Shown here piece after piece: positions 39,241-49,925 of a DNA stretch of 64,000 nt. Positions within the stretch are counted from its first letter, which is position 1. Every line of letters starts with the position of its first letter. Origin of the DNA: Alphaproteobacteria bacterium (GTDB taxonomy: Bacteria > Pseudomonadota > Alphaproteobacteria > CAAHEQ01 > UBA3637). The translations under genes and the position numbers were made by a program. The stretch covers positions 35,386-99,385 of the forward strand of contig JAZQXL010000020.1 in the NCBI GenBank assembly GCA_045632845.1, read 5' to 3'. The notes under the pieces were generated by a model. That model had not been told where the DNA came from. It saw only the letters and a program-made list of their open reading frames with translations, and made no database searches.

Positions 39241-39266
39241 AAAAACCGTCATTACTGACGGCTTTT
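39241..39266 (-). terminator. terminator after tRNA-Ser
   Basis: A-run-CCGTCA-ttac-TGACGG hairpin. Confidence 0.65.
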
Positions 39267-39268
39267 AA

Positions 39269-39355
39269 TGGCGGAGAGTACAGGACTCGAACCTGTGCAT
39301 CATTTTCATGATGACGGATTAGCAATCCGCTGCATTACCACTCTGCCAACTCTCC
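39269..39355 (-). tRNA. tRNA-Ser(GCT)
   Basis: GGAGAGTT..GCGGA-TTGCTAA-TCCGT, long variable arm, GTTCGAGTC, CCA. Confidence 0.95.
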
Positions 39356-39426
39356 AAAGTGATGAGTCATAGTAGCAACCTTTTAATAAATTGTCAACAA
39401 AATTTTATCAAAAGGCTTAATTTCTT

Positions 39427-39888
39427 TTAATCTTTGTGATATGGGTGCCCATCCAAAATTGTTTTTGCACGATAAATTTGTTCTGCAAGAACAACTCTTG
39501 CCAACATGTGAGGCAATGTCATACGTCCAAAAGAAAGTTTATAATCTGCCTTTTCTCTTAATTTTTCAGCATGTCCATTGGCGCCACCGATTAAGAATGA
39601 AATACTTTGAACGCCTTCATCCAACCACTTACCAATTAACTCAGCAAACTCTCTGGAAGATGGAGTCTTTCCCCTTTCATCAAGGGCAATAATTTTTCCC
39701 CCTTGAGGAATGGATGAAAGTAACAAAGTAGATTCCGCTTCTTTTAACTGTTCAACAGTCAAAGTTTTCTTTTCTTCAAACTCTTTGATTGCAACAGGCC
39801 ATTTTGTTTTTTTCAAATAATCTTGAATGAGCGTATCTTCTGGTGTGTTTTTTTTCAACCGACCAATGGCAGCAATTGTTATTTGCAT
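39427..39888 (-). CDS. rlmH: 23S rRNA m3Psi1915 methyltransferase
   Basis: ALDERGK, FLIGGANG, TLPHMLARVVLAEQIYRA, HPYH. Confidence 0.96.
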   Translation of the reverse strand: MQITIAAIGRLKKNTPEDTLIQDYLKKTKWPVAIKEFEEKKTLTVEQLKEAESTLLLSSIPQGGKIIALDERGKTPSSREFAELIGKWLDEGVQSISFLIGGANGHAEKLREKADYKLSFGRMTLPHMLARVVLAEQIYRAKTILDGHPYHKD

Positions 39889-40304
39889 GGTTCTGTCCGC
39901 TTTTTATATTTGTTAGGAATCAAATCGGCAATTGGGACAACTTCGTATCCTTTTTTATTATCTGCTGGCATAATAACCTCAGCATCTGGACCATAGTCAG
40001 CAATATATTCACGGCATTTACCACAAGGAGAAATCACATACCCATCTTGATCACGTACCGCAACAATCATTTTAATCTTCATATCTTTTTCAGCCGTTGC
40101 TGCATGACCAATGGTGATAATTTCAGCACAGGTTGCGAGTGATGGTTGATTTGTCCCCAAATGAAGAGCGGCATAAACATTGCCTGATTCCGTCAAAAGA
40201 GCAGCTGACACAACAAAATGATGCCCCTCTTTCATATATCTTTCTTTTAACAACTTTTGTGCAGCTTTGATGAGTGCGTCTGGTGTTACATTTTTTTTAA
40301 CCAT
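39879..40304 (-). CDS. cytidine deaminase family protein (homotetrameric type)
   Basis: TCAE and SPCGKCRE zinc motifs. Confidence 0.85.
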   Translation of the reverse strand: MVKKNVTPDALIKAAQKLLKERYMKEGHHFVVSAALLTESGNVYAALHLGTNQPSLATCAEIITIGHAATAEKDMKIKMIVAVRDQDGYVISPCGKCREYIADYGPDAEVIMPADNKKGYEVVPIADLIPNKYKKRTEPCK

Positions 40305-40305
40305 T

Positions 40306-41040
40306 TTATTCTCCTGCAATTGCTTCAATCATGTTATCCAAAGATTCACGCTCAGCTGGTTTATAATTCACTGGTTCTTGCGGAACCTCTTTTTTGGGTT
40401 CGATTGGCTTTAATTTAGAAGATTTTTTCACTTCATTTACCAAATTTTCTAATGCTTTTTTATTTGTATTTTTAGGCGGCATTTGACGTTTTAAATCTGT
40501 TCCAATTTTGGGTTGAACTTCTTCAACTTTACCATCTTTATTGACATTTAAATCTGAGAGCACATTTTCTGGAACAAAATATTTGAGTAAATCAACCGTT
40601 TTTTGAATATATGGCATTGAAAAATTTTCTTTTTCCATATCTGCTAATTGCTTTTCAGACAAAACCATTGTCCCTCCGATAAAAAGCAATGACAACAACA
40701 AAGCAGCTCTTAAAACACCAAAGAAAAGACCTAAAATACGATCTAACCCACTTAAAGAACTGCTTCTTAACCGTTTTGTAATTTGCGCATTGATAATGGT
40801 CATAACAACCAAAATAACCAATACAATTACACCAGATCCAACAACACCGGCTAACATTTTGTTATCAAAAACACCTGATAATAAATTTGTCATCGGTCCA
40901 AAACTATACAAAGCACCAAACCCTGCCAAAATCCATGAAGAAATACATAATAATTCACAGACCAAGCCACGATAAAGTGCAAATAAGATGGACAATGTCA
41001 AAGTAATCAAAACGATAATATCAATGAGCCCTATAACCAT
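40306..41040 (-). CDS. cvpA: CvpA family protein
   Basis: RGLV.E, LSGLDRILGLFFG; follows radA. Confidence 0.88.
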   Translation of the reverse strand: MVIGLIDIIVLITLTLSILFALYRGLVCELLCISSWILAGFGALYSFGPMTNLLSGVFDNKMLAGVVGSGVIVLVILVVMTIINAQITKRLRSSSLSGLDRILGLFFGVLRAALLLSLLFIGGTMVLSEKQLADMEKENFSMPYIQKTVDLLKYFVPENVLSDLNVNKDGKVEEVQPKIGTDLKRQMPPKNTNKKALENLVNEVKKSSKLKPIEPKKEVPQEPVNYKPAERESLDNMIEAIAGE

Positions 41041-41053
41041 AAAATCTCCTTTT

Positions 41054-42436
41054 TTATCCCTGAAATGAATCAATCAATGTTTTTAAATGACCAATCTCGG
41101 TTACTTTCAAATCTTTTACTTTTGGCTTTTGTTTGCGTTCTGGTGGAACAAGTGCTTTTTCAAAACCCAACTTAGAAGCTTCTTTTAATCTCAAATCTGG
41201 TTGTGGGACATTTCTAATTTCACCAGACAAACCAATCTCACCAAAAATAACCATATCAGAAGGCATTGGCTTTTGAACAAGCGCTGAAACAATTGCACTT
41301 GCAACAGCCAGATCGCAAGCAGGTTCTGTGATTTTTAATCCTCCTGCAACGTTTAAAAACACATCCTTGTTGGCAAGAGAAACACCACATCTTGCTTCTA
41401 AAACTGCCAAAATCATCAACATGCGATTATTATCCCACCCAACAACCGCACGCCTTGGAGCAGAACCGCCTTGTGGCGCAACAAGCGCTTGTATTTCAAC
41501 CAACAGTGGCCTAGATCCTTCAATCCCTGCAAAAACACAACTTCCTGCGATATTCCCGCGTCGCTCTGCTAAAAACAAAGCTGATGGATTTGGAACTTCA
41601 GAAAGCCCTGTTTCACGCATTTCAAAAACACCAATTTCATCCGTTGCTCCGAAACGGTTTTTAACAGAACGTAAAATTCTAAAATGATGGCCCCTATCCC
41701 CTTCAAAATAAAGAACTGTATCCACCATATGTTCAAGCACACGAGGACCTGCCAATGTACCCTCTTTTGTTACGTGCCCAACAAGAAATAAAACAAAATT
41801 TCTGCGTTTTGCAAGACGGATTAACTCATGCCCAGCCGCACGGACTTGACCAACTGTCCCTGGAGCTGAATCCAATGTATCTGTGTACATGGTTTGAATA
41901 GAGTCAATAACCACAACATCAGGTGCGTCATCTGTATCAAGTGAAGCAACAATATCTCTAACATTAATGCTACTTGCTAACTCAACAGGGGCCTTTGACA
42001 AACCCAAACGCATAGCTCTTAGACGAACTTGATCTGTCGATTCTTCCCCTGAAATATAAACACATCGTGTTGGAGCACCTTCTTTATTAACCCCTTGAGA
42101 TAAATTTGAAACTGTTTGTAATAGAAGGGTTGATTTTCCAATCCCTGGATCTCCCCCAACCAAAATAACAGAACCAGGAACCAACCCCGACCCACAAACA
42201 CGGTCTAATTCTTGAATGTTTGATTTCAAACGAAAAACTATTTCAGGGGCACCACTTAAGTCTGAAAAAGAAAGTTTTCTGCCCCCTAATCCACCCGTTG
42301 ATGTTTTAATTTCTTTTTCTGGCAAAGCTTCTTCTGTAATGGTATTCCACTCTCCACAAGCATCACACTTTCCCGACCACCTTGGGTGAACAGACCCACA
42401 ATTTTGACAGACAAACTGCGTTGTTTTTTTTGCCAT
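41054..42436 (-). CDS. radA: DNA repair protein RadA/Sms
   Basis: C4 zinc finger, GDPGIGKST, KNRFG. Confidence 0.98.
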   Translation of the reverse strand: MAKKTTQFVCQNCGSVHPRWSGKCDACGEWNTITEEALPEKEIKTSTGGLGGRKLSFSDLSGAPEIVFRLKSNIQELDRVCGSGLVPGSVILVGGDPGIGKSTLLLQTVSNLSQGVNKEGAPTRCVYISGEESTDQVRLRAMRLGLSKAPVELASSINVRDIVASLDTDDAPDVVVIDSIQTMYTDTLDSAPGTVGQVRAAGHELIRLAKRRNFVLFLVGHVTKEGTLAGPRVLEHMVDTVLYFEGDRGHHFRILRSVKNRFGATDEIGVFEMRETGLSEVPNPSALFLAERRGNIAGSCVFAGIEGSRPLLVEIQALVAPQGGSAPRRAVVGWDNNRMLMILAVLEARCGVSLANKDVFLNVAGGLKITEPACDLAVASAIVSALVQKPMPSDMVIFGEIGLSGEIRNVPQPDLRLKEASKLGFEKALVPPERKQKPKVKDLKVTEIGHLKTLIDSFQG

Positions 42437-43233
42437 TATTTTTTCTCTTTCCCCTCAATACGAATAGGCCCTTGAGAACTACCCGCAACAAATTGACGCA
42501 CATAGGGGTTATCCGTTTTATCCAACTCTTTAACGGTCCCCGACCAAATGATTTTTCCTTCATATAGCATTGCAATTCTATCTGCAATTTGACGGGCAGA
42601 ATTCATATCATGTGTAATTGTTAACGCGGTTGCACCCAATGTTTTCACACAAGACACTATCAATTCATTAATTACATCTGACATAATTGGATCAAGACCA
42701 GTTGTTGGTTCATCAAAAAAGATAATGCTTGGATCATTAGCAATTGCCCTTGCAAGACCCACCCGTTTTTTCATACCACCAGATAAATCTGCAGGATACA
42801 CATCTGCAACCATTTTTGGCAAACCAACTTGTGCCAATTTTTTAATCGCTAATTTTTTAGCTTGCTCCAAATCAACTTTTTTGTTTTGTGTTAAAGAAAA
42901 AGACACATTTTCCCACACATTCAAACTATCAAAAAGGGCTCCGCTTTGAAAAAGCATACCAATTTGGCTACGCACTTCTTCTTGTTCTTGTCGAGATAAA
43001 GTATCCAATCTTTTACCATCAATTTCAATGTGACCTTTGTCTGGTGTTAACAATCCCAGAATACATTTTAACGTTACTGATTTACCCGTTCCAGATCCCC
43101 CGATAATTACAAGAGATTCACCTTGTTTAATTTCCAAATCAACACCAGACAAAACCTTTTTATCTCCAAAAGTTTTGTGCACATTAACCAATTTGATTTT
43201 TGGTGTTTCACCATGTTTAGTCATCATATCCAT
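42436..43233 (-). CDS. mlaF: ABC transporter ATP-binding protein (MlaF-like)
   Basis: GGSGTGKS, LSGGMKKRVGLARA, DEPTTGLDP. Confidence 0.88.
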   Translation of the reverse strand: MDMMTKHGETPKIKLVNVHKTFGDKKVLSGVDLEIKQGESLVIIGGSGTGKSVTLKCILGLLTPDKGHIEIDGKRLDTLSRQEQEEVRSQIGMLFQSGALFDSLNVWENVSFSLTQNKKVDLEQAKKLAIKKLAQVGLPKMVADVYPADLSGGMKKRVGLARAIANDPSIIFFDEPTTGLDPIMSDVINELIVSCVKTLGATALTITHDMNSARQIADRIAMLYEGKIIWSGTVKELDKTDNPYVRQFVAGSSQGPIRIEGKEKK

Positions 43234-43235
43234 CC

Positions 43236-44054
43236 TTAAACAGCAAAGAAAACTTCTGTTAAAATGTAGTTAAATATCAAAATCAAAATACTTGAAGAAA
43301 CAACCGCATTTGTTGTTGCTTGACCAACTCCTTGAGCACCCCCTTTGGAATTAAACCCATTATAACAACCCAACAAAGTAATAATAAAACCAAACACAGC
43401 TGCTTTTGTCATACCAGAAATCACATCCATTGGTTTTAAATATTCCCAAGTACTAATCAAATATGTCGTTGCATTAAAATCTAATTTTGATACGCCAATC
43501 ATATAACCACCACAAATACCGATAATATCCCCCAACAAAACTAAAACAGGTAACATAACAAGACCAGCAATTACTCTAGGGACAATCAAATATTTGATTG
43601 GATTTGTTGATAAAGTAGAAAGTGCATCAATTTGTTCAGTAACACGCATTGTACCAATTTCTGCAGCCATTGCAGCACCAATTCGCCCCGCAACCATAAG
43701 ACCCGCCATCACTGGCGCAAGCTCTCTTGTAACTGCTACAAGAACAACCAAAGAAACAGCACCCTCTGCTGAAAATTGTGAAAAACCACTATATGTTTGA
43801 AGAGCAATTACCATACCAGAAAAAAGCGTTGTTAATGCAACAACTGGCAATGAATAAAAACCAATTTCAACCAATTGGCGAACAAGTGCTTTCCAATAAA
43901 TAGGTGGCGTGCAACAATGATAAATCGTTTCAGCTGCAAAAATACCCAAAGATCCTGCACTTTTAAAAAATGCCAAAACAACTCTGCCGAGTTTGTTTAC
44001 AAACTGCAAAAATGAATCTAAAAATGTAAGTGTTTTTGAAGAATTATTTTTCAT
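43236..44054 (-). CDS. mlaE: MlaE family ABC permease
   Basis: RELAPV, AEIGTMRVTEQIDAL, GVGQATTNAVV. Confidence 0.92.
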   Translation of the reverse strand: MKNNSSKTLTFLDSFLQFVNKLGRVVLAFFKSAGSLGIFAAETIYHCCTPPIYWKALVRQLVEIGFYSLPVVALTTLFSGMVIALQTYSGFSQFSAEGAVSLVVLVAVTRELAPVMAGLMVAGRIGAAMAAEIGTMRVTEQIDALSTLSTNPIKYLIVPRVIAGLVMLPVLVLLGDIIGICGGYMIGVSKLDFNATTYLISTWEYLKPMDVISGMTKAAVFGFIITLLGCYNGFNSKGGAQGVGQATTNAVVSSSILILIFNYILTEVFFAV

Positions 44055-44159
44055 AAAATCAAAGCCTTTTTTATTAAATTTTTTATACTTTCACTATATC
44101 TATAGATATATAAAAAATCAAGCACTATCTTTTTTAAGGTTCAACTGAACAGAGGGATT

Positions 44160-44186
44160 AAAAAAAGAGGCTCCCGCCTCTTTTTT
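44160..44186. terminator. intrinsic terminator
   Basis: A7-GAGGC-tccc-GCCTC-T6. Confidence 0.75.
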
Positions 44187-44907
44187 ATGCTACGTTTGAA
44201 CGCCCTTGCATCATCCCTTTATATTGCGCTGAAGTCAACTTCATCGGAATATCAAACAAGGTAACTGGTGATCCGTTCGGTTTAGTATATGACTTTAAAA
44301 ACACATCTGGTTTTACAACTTGAATTTTATCATCCCCGTTTTTAACAACCACACAACCATTTTCATATGTTTGTTTTGAAAATGCAGGATCATCAAATGA
44401 AACAATACCTGAAAAACGGACAGCTAAAACTTCTTTTTTATCTTGATATTTGTGAAACCCTAAATTTTCAACACCAGAGTCCCAAACTTCAATCATATTC
44501 ATATTTGATTCAACAAAGTTTTTATCTGCTTGAAAAACATCTTTCAAACCAAGCGCATGTGTATACTTTAAAAACAACTTAATTTTATCTTTATCTAAAT
44601 TTTCTGGCTGATTATTAGATAACTGCATAACCTTTTTCAAAAGAGCTTTGCTTTGTGTTGGTGAAACATCATTAATCACAACAACACCTTCTCCATCTGA
44701 ACGCACTTGTTGCCAAGATTTGTCCTTTGAATTTAAAAACACAACACCTTTATTTTCAGATGATTTTACCCCTCCATTTTGAGACATTTGCCCATTTGAA
44801 TCATCTTCTTTTTCAAAAGCTGGTATCGGCAAAAGAAAACTCTGTGTTGCTGGAATAACAGCAAGAGCATTTTGAAAATTTAAATCTGCTTTACTTAGTA
44901 TAGCCAT
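44185..44907 (-). CDS. hypothetical protein
   Basis: ORF with GGAGG RBS; C-terminal part weakly resembles PGDYG-type domains. Confidence 0.65.
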   Translation of the reverse strand: MAILSKADLNFQNALAVIPATQSFLLPIPAFEKEDDSNGQMSQNGGVKSSENKGVVFLNSKDKSWQQVRSDGEGVVVINDVSPTQSKALLKKVMQLSNNQPENLDKDKIKLFLKYTHALGLKDVFQADKNFVESNMNMIEVWDSGVENLGFHKYQDKKEVLAVRFSGIVSFDDPAFSKQTYENGCVVVKNGDDKIQVVKPDVFLKSYTKPNGSPVTLFDIPMKLTSAQYKGMMQGRSNVA

Positions 44908-45018
44908 TCAACCTCCATCATTTTTTGGACTAGTTAAACATCTTTTTCAAAAAAAAGCAAGACAAAAAAACGGCTCTTTTTAAGAACCGTTCAATTAATT
45001 TTTAGAGTATTGTTTTTA

Positions 45019-48000
45019 TTATCTTTTACGTTTTAAATATCGTTTTTGGAACCATTCAAAAAATGTTTGAACCAACACATACAAAAGTGGAATTATGAAT
45101 AATCCAAGAACCGTCGCAAACAACATTCCCCAAAAAACAGGTACCCCAATTGCACGTCTACTTGCTGATGCTGCACCCGTTGCAACAACCATTGGCCATA
45201 CCCCTAAAATAAAGGAAAAAGCAGTCATTAAAACAGCTCTAAATCTTTCACGTAAGCCTTTGAGTGCTGCATTTACAATTGTGGCACCTTTTAATCGTTC
45301 TTCTTTTGCAAATTCAACAATTAAAATCGCATTTTTACTTGCCAAACCAATGAGCAAAATTAACCCAAGTTGGGCATAAATACTTAAAGACATGCCAGAA
45401 AAAAACAACCCAATCATGGCTCCATTAATTGCAACAACAAGTGAAAGCAAAACAGAAATTGGAACAATAAAACTTTCATATTGAGCAACCAAAAACAAGT
45501 ATGCAAAAATAATCGCTAATGCTAACAAATAACCAATCTGACCGCTTGAGTTCTTTTCCTGATAACTCATTCCAGACCACTCTATTCCAAATCCTGCTGG
45601 CAACTCTTTAATCAATGATTCAACATTCATCATAGATTCCCCTGTACTGCTTCCCTCTTTTTGAACAGCCATAATGGATGCTGATGGATACTGATTATAA
45701 CGACCAACAACACGTGGGGCGAGAACTTTTTTCAAACGAACCAACCCTTTCATTGGAACAGGATCCCCATTCACATTCATAACATATAAATTATTGATGC
45801 TTTCAATGTTTTGTCGATACATCCAATCAGATTGAAGCATAACCTTATTCACCTGTGTACCAAGATTTATATCATTCACATAAGCAGAACCCAAATAACT
45901 TTCTAATGTTGAAAAAATATTGCCAACTGGGACTTTCATACTTTCAGCCTTCACCCTGTCAATATCTAAGAAAATATTTGGTGTTTTTGCATTAAATGTT
46001 GAATATGCATACGCAATGGTTGGAGATTGATTAATCTTTGCCAAAAAGCTTTGCAAAGCTGCATCTAACTTTTGATAATCCATTGTTTGTTTAGATTGCA
46101 AACGAACATCCATCCCCCCAGCTGTTCCCAACCCAGGAATAGCAGGCATTTCAAAAAATTGAAAATCTGCTTCAGGAAAAACAGCTGTTTTTGCTCTTAA
46201 TCTATTCAAAATGGCAGTTGAATATTCTGAAGCTTCAGGTCTTTCAGCCCAAGGCTTTAACACAATAAAGGCCATAGCCGTATTTTCACCACGTCCTGCT
46301 AGCAAACTAAACCCAACAATACTTGAGATACCCTCAACACTTTTTTCTGATTTAATAATTTCATTAACTTTATCAACCAATTCATGCGTTCTTTTTTTTG
46401 AAGCCCCTTCTGGCAACTGCAAACTCATCGCAATCACTCCTTGGTCTTCATTTGGAATAAATGACGTTTTTGATATTGAAAATAACACCCAACTAAGTCC
46501 AACCAACAAAACAAAAATTGTTATAACAACAGGTATTTTTTTTGCTATAACAGAAACGCAAAGCGCATAAAAACGAATAATTTTTGCAATCTTTTGATTC
46601 ACACTTGCAAAAAATCCTTTTTTTCTTGGTTTAATCTTTTTCAACAACAACGAACACAATGCAGGAGACAACGTCAACGCGTTTAAAAGTGAAAACAAGA
46701 TTGCAACTGTAATTGTTACTGAAAACTGTTTATAAATTTCACCAACAATACCATCTAAAAATCCAACTGGCACAAAAATTGCTAACAACACAAAACTCAT
46801 AGCAACCAAAGCGCCTGAAATTTCGCTCATTGCTTGCCATGTGGCCTCTTTTGCAGTCATATGACTTTGTTGCATCAAATGAACTACGCGTTCAACAACC
46901 ACAATGGCATCATCAACCACCAGACCAATAGCCAATAACAGTGCAAAAAGAGTGAACATATTGATACTATAGCCCAATGCTAAAATAACCGCAAACGTTC
47001 CCAAAATTGAAACAGGAATTGTCAAAGACGGAATCAATGTGGAATAAAAATCTTGTAAAAAGAAATAACAAACTGCAATTACCAAAACAAGTGTGAAAAG
47101 CAGTGTAAAAACAACTTCTTCAACAGAGGCATCAATATACTTTGTTGAATCATACCCCAATTTATATTCTAACCCATCTGGGAATGATTTTGAAAGTTCT
47201 TTTAACGTTGATTTTAAGTTTTCCATCGTTTCAAGAGCATTTGCACCTGACGAAAGAGCAGCAGCAATCGTAATAGATGGTTGCCCATTATAAAGCCCAG
47301 ATATTGCGTAATTTTCTTGACCAATTTCAACTCTGGCAATATCCTTCAAACGAACAAGTCCCCCTTGCTCTGCCGTTCTCACAATAATTTGATTAAACTC
47401 ATCTGGTGTTTGCATACGACCATATGTTTGAAGTGTATAAATCATTGGGTTTGAGGCCTTGGTTGGCGCTGCACCTACTTTTCCCAAAGAAGGCTGATAA
47501 TTTTGAGTTGAAATAGCATTGTAAACATCTTGTGCAGTCAACCGTAATGCCGCCATTTTATCAGAATTCAACCAAACACGCATGCTTAACTTTGAACCAT
47601 AAACTGTTAAATTTCCAACACCTGGAACTTTTGACAATGGTCGCTCAATGTGATTATACAAATAATCACTCACCTCTTGCTCAGACATTTTGCCATCTTT
47701 TGCCATAAAGACAATAAAACCCAAAATATTAGAAGATTCCCTTTTAACAGAAATGCCTTGTCTGGTAACTTCTTGTGGTAACTTTGAAGCAGCTTGTTGA
47801 ATTCTGTTTTGAACTTTTACTTGCGCAAGGTCAGGATTAATCCCTGTTTTAAATGTAACTTTTAAATTATATGTACCATCCTCAGATGTTGAACTCATAT
47901 AAAGCATATCTTCAACACCGTTGATTTCATCTTCCAACGGAACCCCAACCATTTTTGCAATTACATCAGCACTTGCACCTGGGTAATTTGCCCGCACAGA

Positions 48001-48132
48001 AATTTCTGGTGGTGTTACCTCAGGATACAAAGCAATTGGTAATTTAAATAAGGCAATCAACCCAACTAAAACAATTACAATTGAAATAACAAAGGAAAAC
48101 CGAGGTCTTTGAATAAAAAATCCAGCAAACAT
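45019..48132 (-). CDS. RND efflux permease (AcrB/HAE1 family)
   Basis: [38 protein letters not shown]. Confidence 0.96.
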   Translation of the reverse strand: MFAGFFIQRPRFSFVISIVIVLVGLIALFKLPIALYPEVTPPEISVRANYPGASADVIAKMVGVPLEDEINGVEDMLYMSSTSEDGTYNLKVTFKTGINPDLAQVKVQNRIQQAASKLPQEVTRQGISVKRESSNILGFIVFMAKDGKMSEQEVSDYLYNHIERPLSKVPGVGNLTVYGSKLSMRVWLNSDKMAALRLTAQDVYNAISTQNYQPSLGKVGAAPTKASNPMIYTLQTYGRMQTPDEFNQIIVRTAEQGGLVRLKDIARVEIGQENYAISGLYNGQPSITIAAALSSGANALETMENLKSTLKELSKSFPDGLEYKLGYDSTKYIDASVEEVVFTLLFTLVLVIAVCYFFLQDFYSTLIPSLTIPVSILGTFAVILALGYSINMFTLFALLLAIGLVVDDAIVVVERVVHLMQQSHMTAKEATWQAMSEISGALVAMSFVLLAIFVPVGFLDGIVGEIYKQFSVTITVAILFSLLNALTLSPALCSLLLKKIKPRKKGFFASVNQKIAKIIRFYALCVSVIAKKIPVVITIFVLLVGLSWVLFSISKTSFIPNEDQGVIAMSLQLPEGASKKRTHELVDKVNEIIKSEKSVEGISSIVGFSLLAGRGENTAMAFIVLKPWAERPEASEYSTAILNRLRAKTAVFPEADFQFFEMPAIPGLGTAGGMDVRLQSKQTMDYQKLDAALQSFLAKINQSPTIAYAYSTFNAKTPNIFLDIDRVKAESMKVPVGNIFSTLESYLGSAYVNDINLGTQVNKVMLQSDWMYRQNIESINNLYVMNVNGDPVPMKGLVRLKKVLAPRVVGRYNQYPSASIMAVQKEGSSTGESMMNVESLIKELPAGFGIEWSGMSYQEKNSSGQIGYLLALAIIFAYLFLVAQYESFIVPISVLLSLVVAINGAMIGLFFSGMSLSIYAQLGLILLIGLASKNAILIVEFAKEERLKGATIVNAALKGLRERFRAVLMTAFSFILGVWPMVVATGAASASRRAIGVPVFWGMLFATVLGLFIIPLLYVLVQTFFEWFQKRYLKRKR

Positions 48133-48145
48133 ATCAAATTTCCCC

Positions 48146-49249
48146 TTATCTATCTTTCTCAACAAGTGTGGGCTGTACTTTCATACCATTTCTAACCTTT
48201 TGAAGACCTTGAATAATTACCCTATCAGCGGCTTCTAACCCGGACAAAACAACTTGTTTATCTTCAAAAACATCACCCAGTTTAATATATTTTTGATGAA
48301 CTATATTATCGTCATCAACAGTCATCACATATGTCCCATGAACATCAGCTGATAAAGCTACTTGCGGAACAAGTAATGACGTTTTCCCCATATCAAATCG
48401 AATAAAAATATCCACATAATTACCTGGAACCATCAAATGGTCATTATTTTCAACATCAACATACACTGGAATAGTAGCTGTTTGCGCATTAATCTCATTC
48501 CCAGTAAACAATTCTTTTGCATTAACTGTTTTAACTTCACCACTTGGCAAAACAATATCAACAAAAGCACCCTTACTTTGTTTTGTTTTTTCTAAAAAAC
48601 GGTATCTCTCTTTATCTGTCACAGAAAAAGCAACCCGAACAGGGTTCATCTGTACAATACGAGCCAATTTTTGTGTATTAGGGCTCACTAAGTTCCCTTT
48701 TGTAACCAATGCTTTACCCACATATCCAGAAATTGGAGATTTAATTTCAGAATGCTCTAAATTCAACTCTGCCAAATCAAGAACTGCTTCAGCTTGTTGC
48801 AAAGCACTTTTTGCTGCATCAAATTGCTTATCGGTTACATCACCTGTTTTATGTAACTTAGCTATTCGATCATATTCCCTCTGAAGTTGCCAAAATTTTG
48901 CTTGAGCAGACATTAAATCTGCTTTATATTTTCTTTGTTCAATCACAAAAATTTTGTCACCTTCATTAATAAAAGATCCGTCTTTAAAAAGAATTTCTTC
49001 CAAATAACCTGACACTTGAGGGATAATGTCCACACTGTTAACTGCTTCAATTTGAGCAATATATTTTTTTTGATTTGAAATATTTTTTTCTTGCAAATTC
49101 TGTACAAGAACATAAGGATCACCCATTCCATAAGAAGCTGGTCGTGATGGCATCATTTTCCCATGTAAATACCAACCAAATGCACAACAAATACAACCAT
49201 ATAAAACTTTAGATAAAATTTTTGAGCTTTTAATTTTTTTTACTTTCAT
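48146..49249 (-). CDS. RND periplasmic adaptor (MFP)
   Basis: PQVSGYL lipoyl motif, IKSPISG, coiled hairpin; upstream of RND permease. Confidence 0.93.
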   Translation of the reverse strand: MKVKKIKSSKILSKVLYGCICCAFGWYLHGKMMPSRPASYGMGDPYVLVQNLQEKNISNQKKYIAQIEAVNSVDIIPQVSGYLEEILFKDGSFINEGDKIFVIEQRKYKADLMSAQAKFWQLQREYDRIAKLHKTGDVTDKQFDAAKSALQQAEAVLDLAELNLEHSEIKSPISGYVGKALVTKGNLVSPNTQKLARIVQMNPVRVAFSVTDKERYRFLEKTKQSKGAFVDIVLPSGEVKTVNAKELFTGNEINAQTATIPVYVDVENNDHLMVPGNYVDIFIRFDMGKTSLLVPQVALSADVHGTYVMTVDDDNIVHQKYIKLGDVFEDKQVVLSGLEAADRVIIQGLQKVRNGMKVQPTLVEKDR

Positions 49250-49337
49250 AAAAATACCTTCACACACTAAAAAAGAACAAAATATAGCAAAAAAATATTC
49301 GAAAAATAAAAAAATTTCAAGCGCAAAAAAAAGATTG

Positions 49338-49781
49338 TCACTCTTCTAATGATAAATTTTGATTAGATGGAATTTGAATAATCGAGTGACAAATCGCTCC
49401 TGAGGGCAGTTTTGTAGTCATTATCATCAATTTATCTGTATTGGATAAATTGAGATGGGTATTTAAATCTTCAACTGTTGTTCTATAAATTTTACTTTTA
49501 TTTCCAACATCATTCATATAAGCTAAGTGCCACTTTCTGATCCACCTCGATACTGTTTGAACAGTCACCCCAACAATGGGAGCAACCTCTCTCATTGACA
49601 AACCAGAAAGATAAAGCGTATGAGTTATTATCTTAATAAATATAGATTTTCCTGCGGGCGCTGTTTTTGTAAACTGATATCCACACCCACAACATCTATA
49701 TCTTTGCACACCAAAAACCCAGCCATTTTTAACCAAGTTTAAAGATCCGCATTTAAGACATTTCAGATTTGTTTTTTCCAT
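49338..49781 (-). CDS. IS1 InsA-like zinc ribbon + HTH protein without catalytic domain
   Basis: CLKCGS..VKNG..QRYRCCGC and GLSMREVA..VSRWI; no DDE domain or terminal repeats seen. Confidence 0.65.
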   Translation of the reverse strand: MEKTNLKCLKCGSLNLVKNGWVFGVQRYRCCGCGYQFTKTAPAGKSIFIKIITHTLYLSGLSMREVAPIVGVTVQTVSRWIRKWHLAYMNDVGNKSKIYRTTVEDLNTHLNLSNTDKLMIMTTKLPSGAICHSIIQIPSNQNLSLEE

Positions 49782-49925
49782 ACTCAATAAAATATCATTA
49801 AAAAAGTTACATTTCAATCTTTTTTTATTTATCACTTTTAAGCATTAAAAAAGGATTGCACTTGACACTTTTAAGTTTTGTATATAAAAAATATTACAAA
49901 TCCTAATTATAACAAGAGGTTAAAC

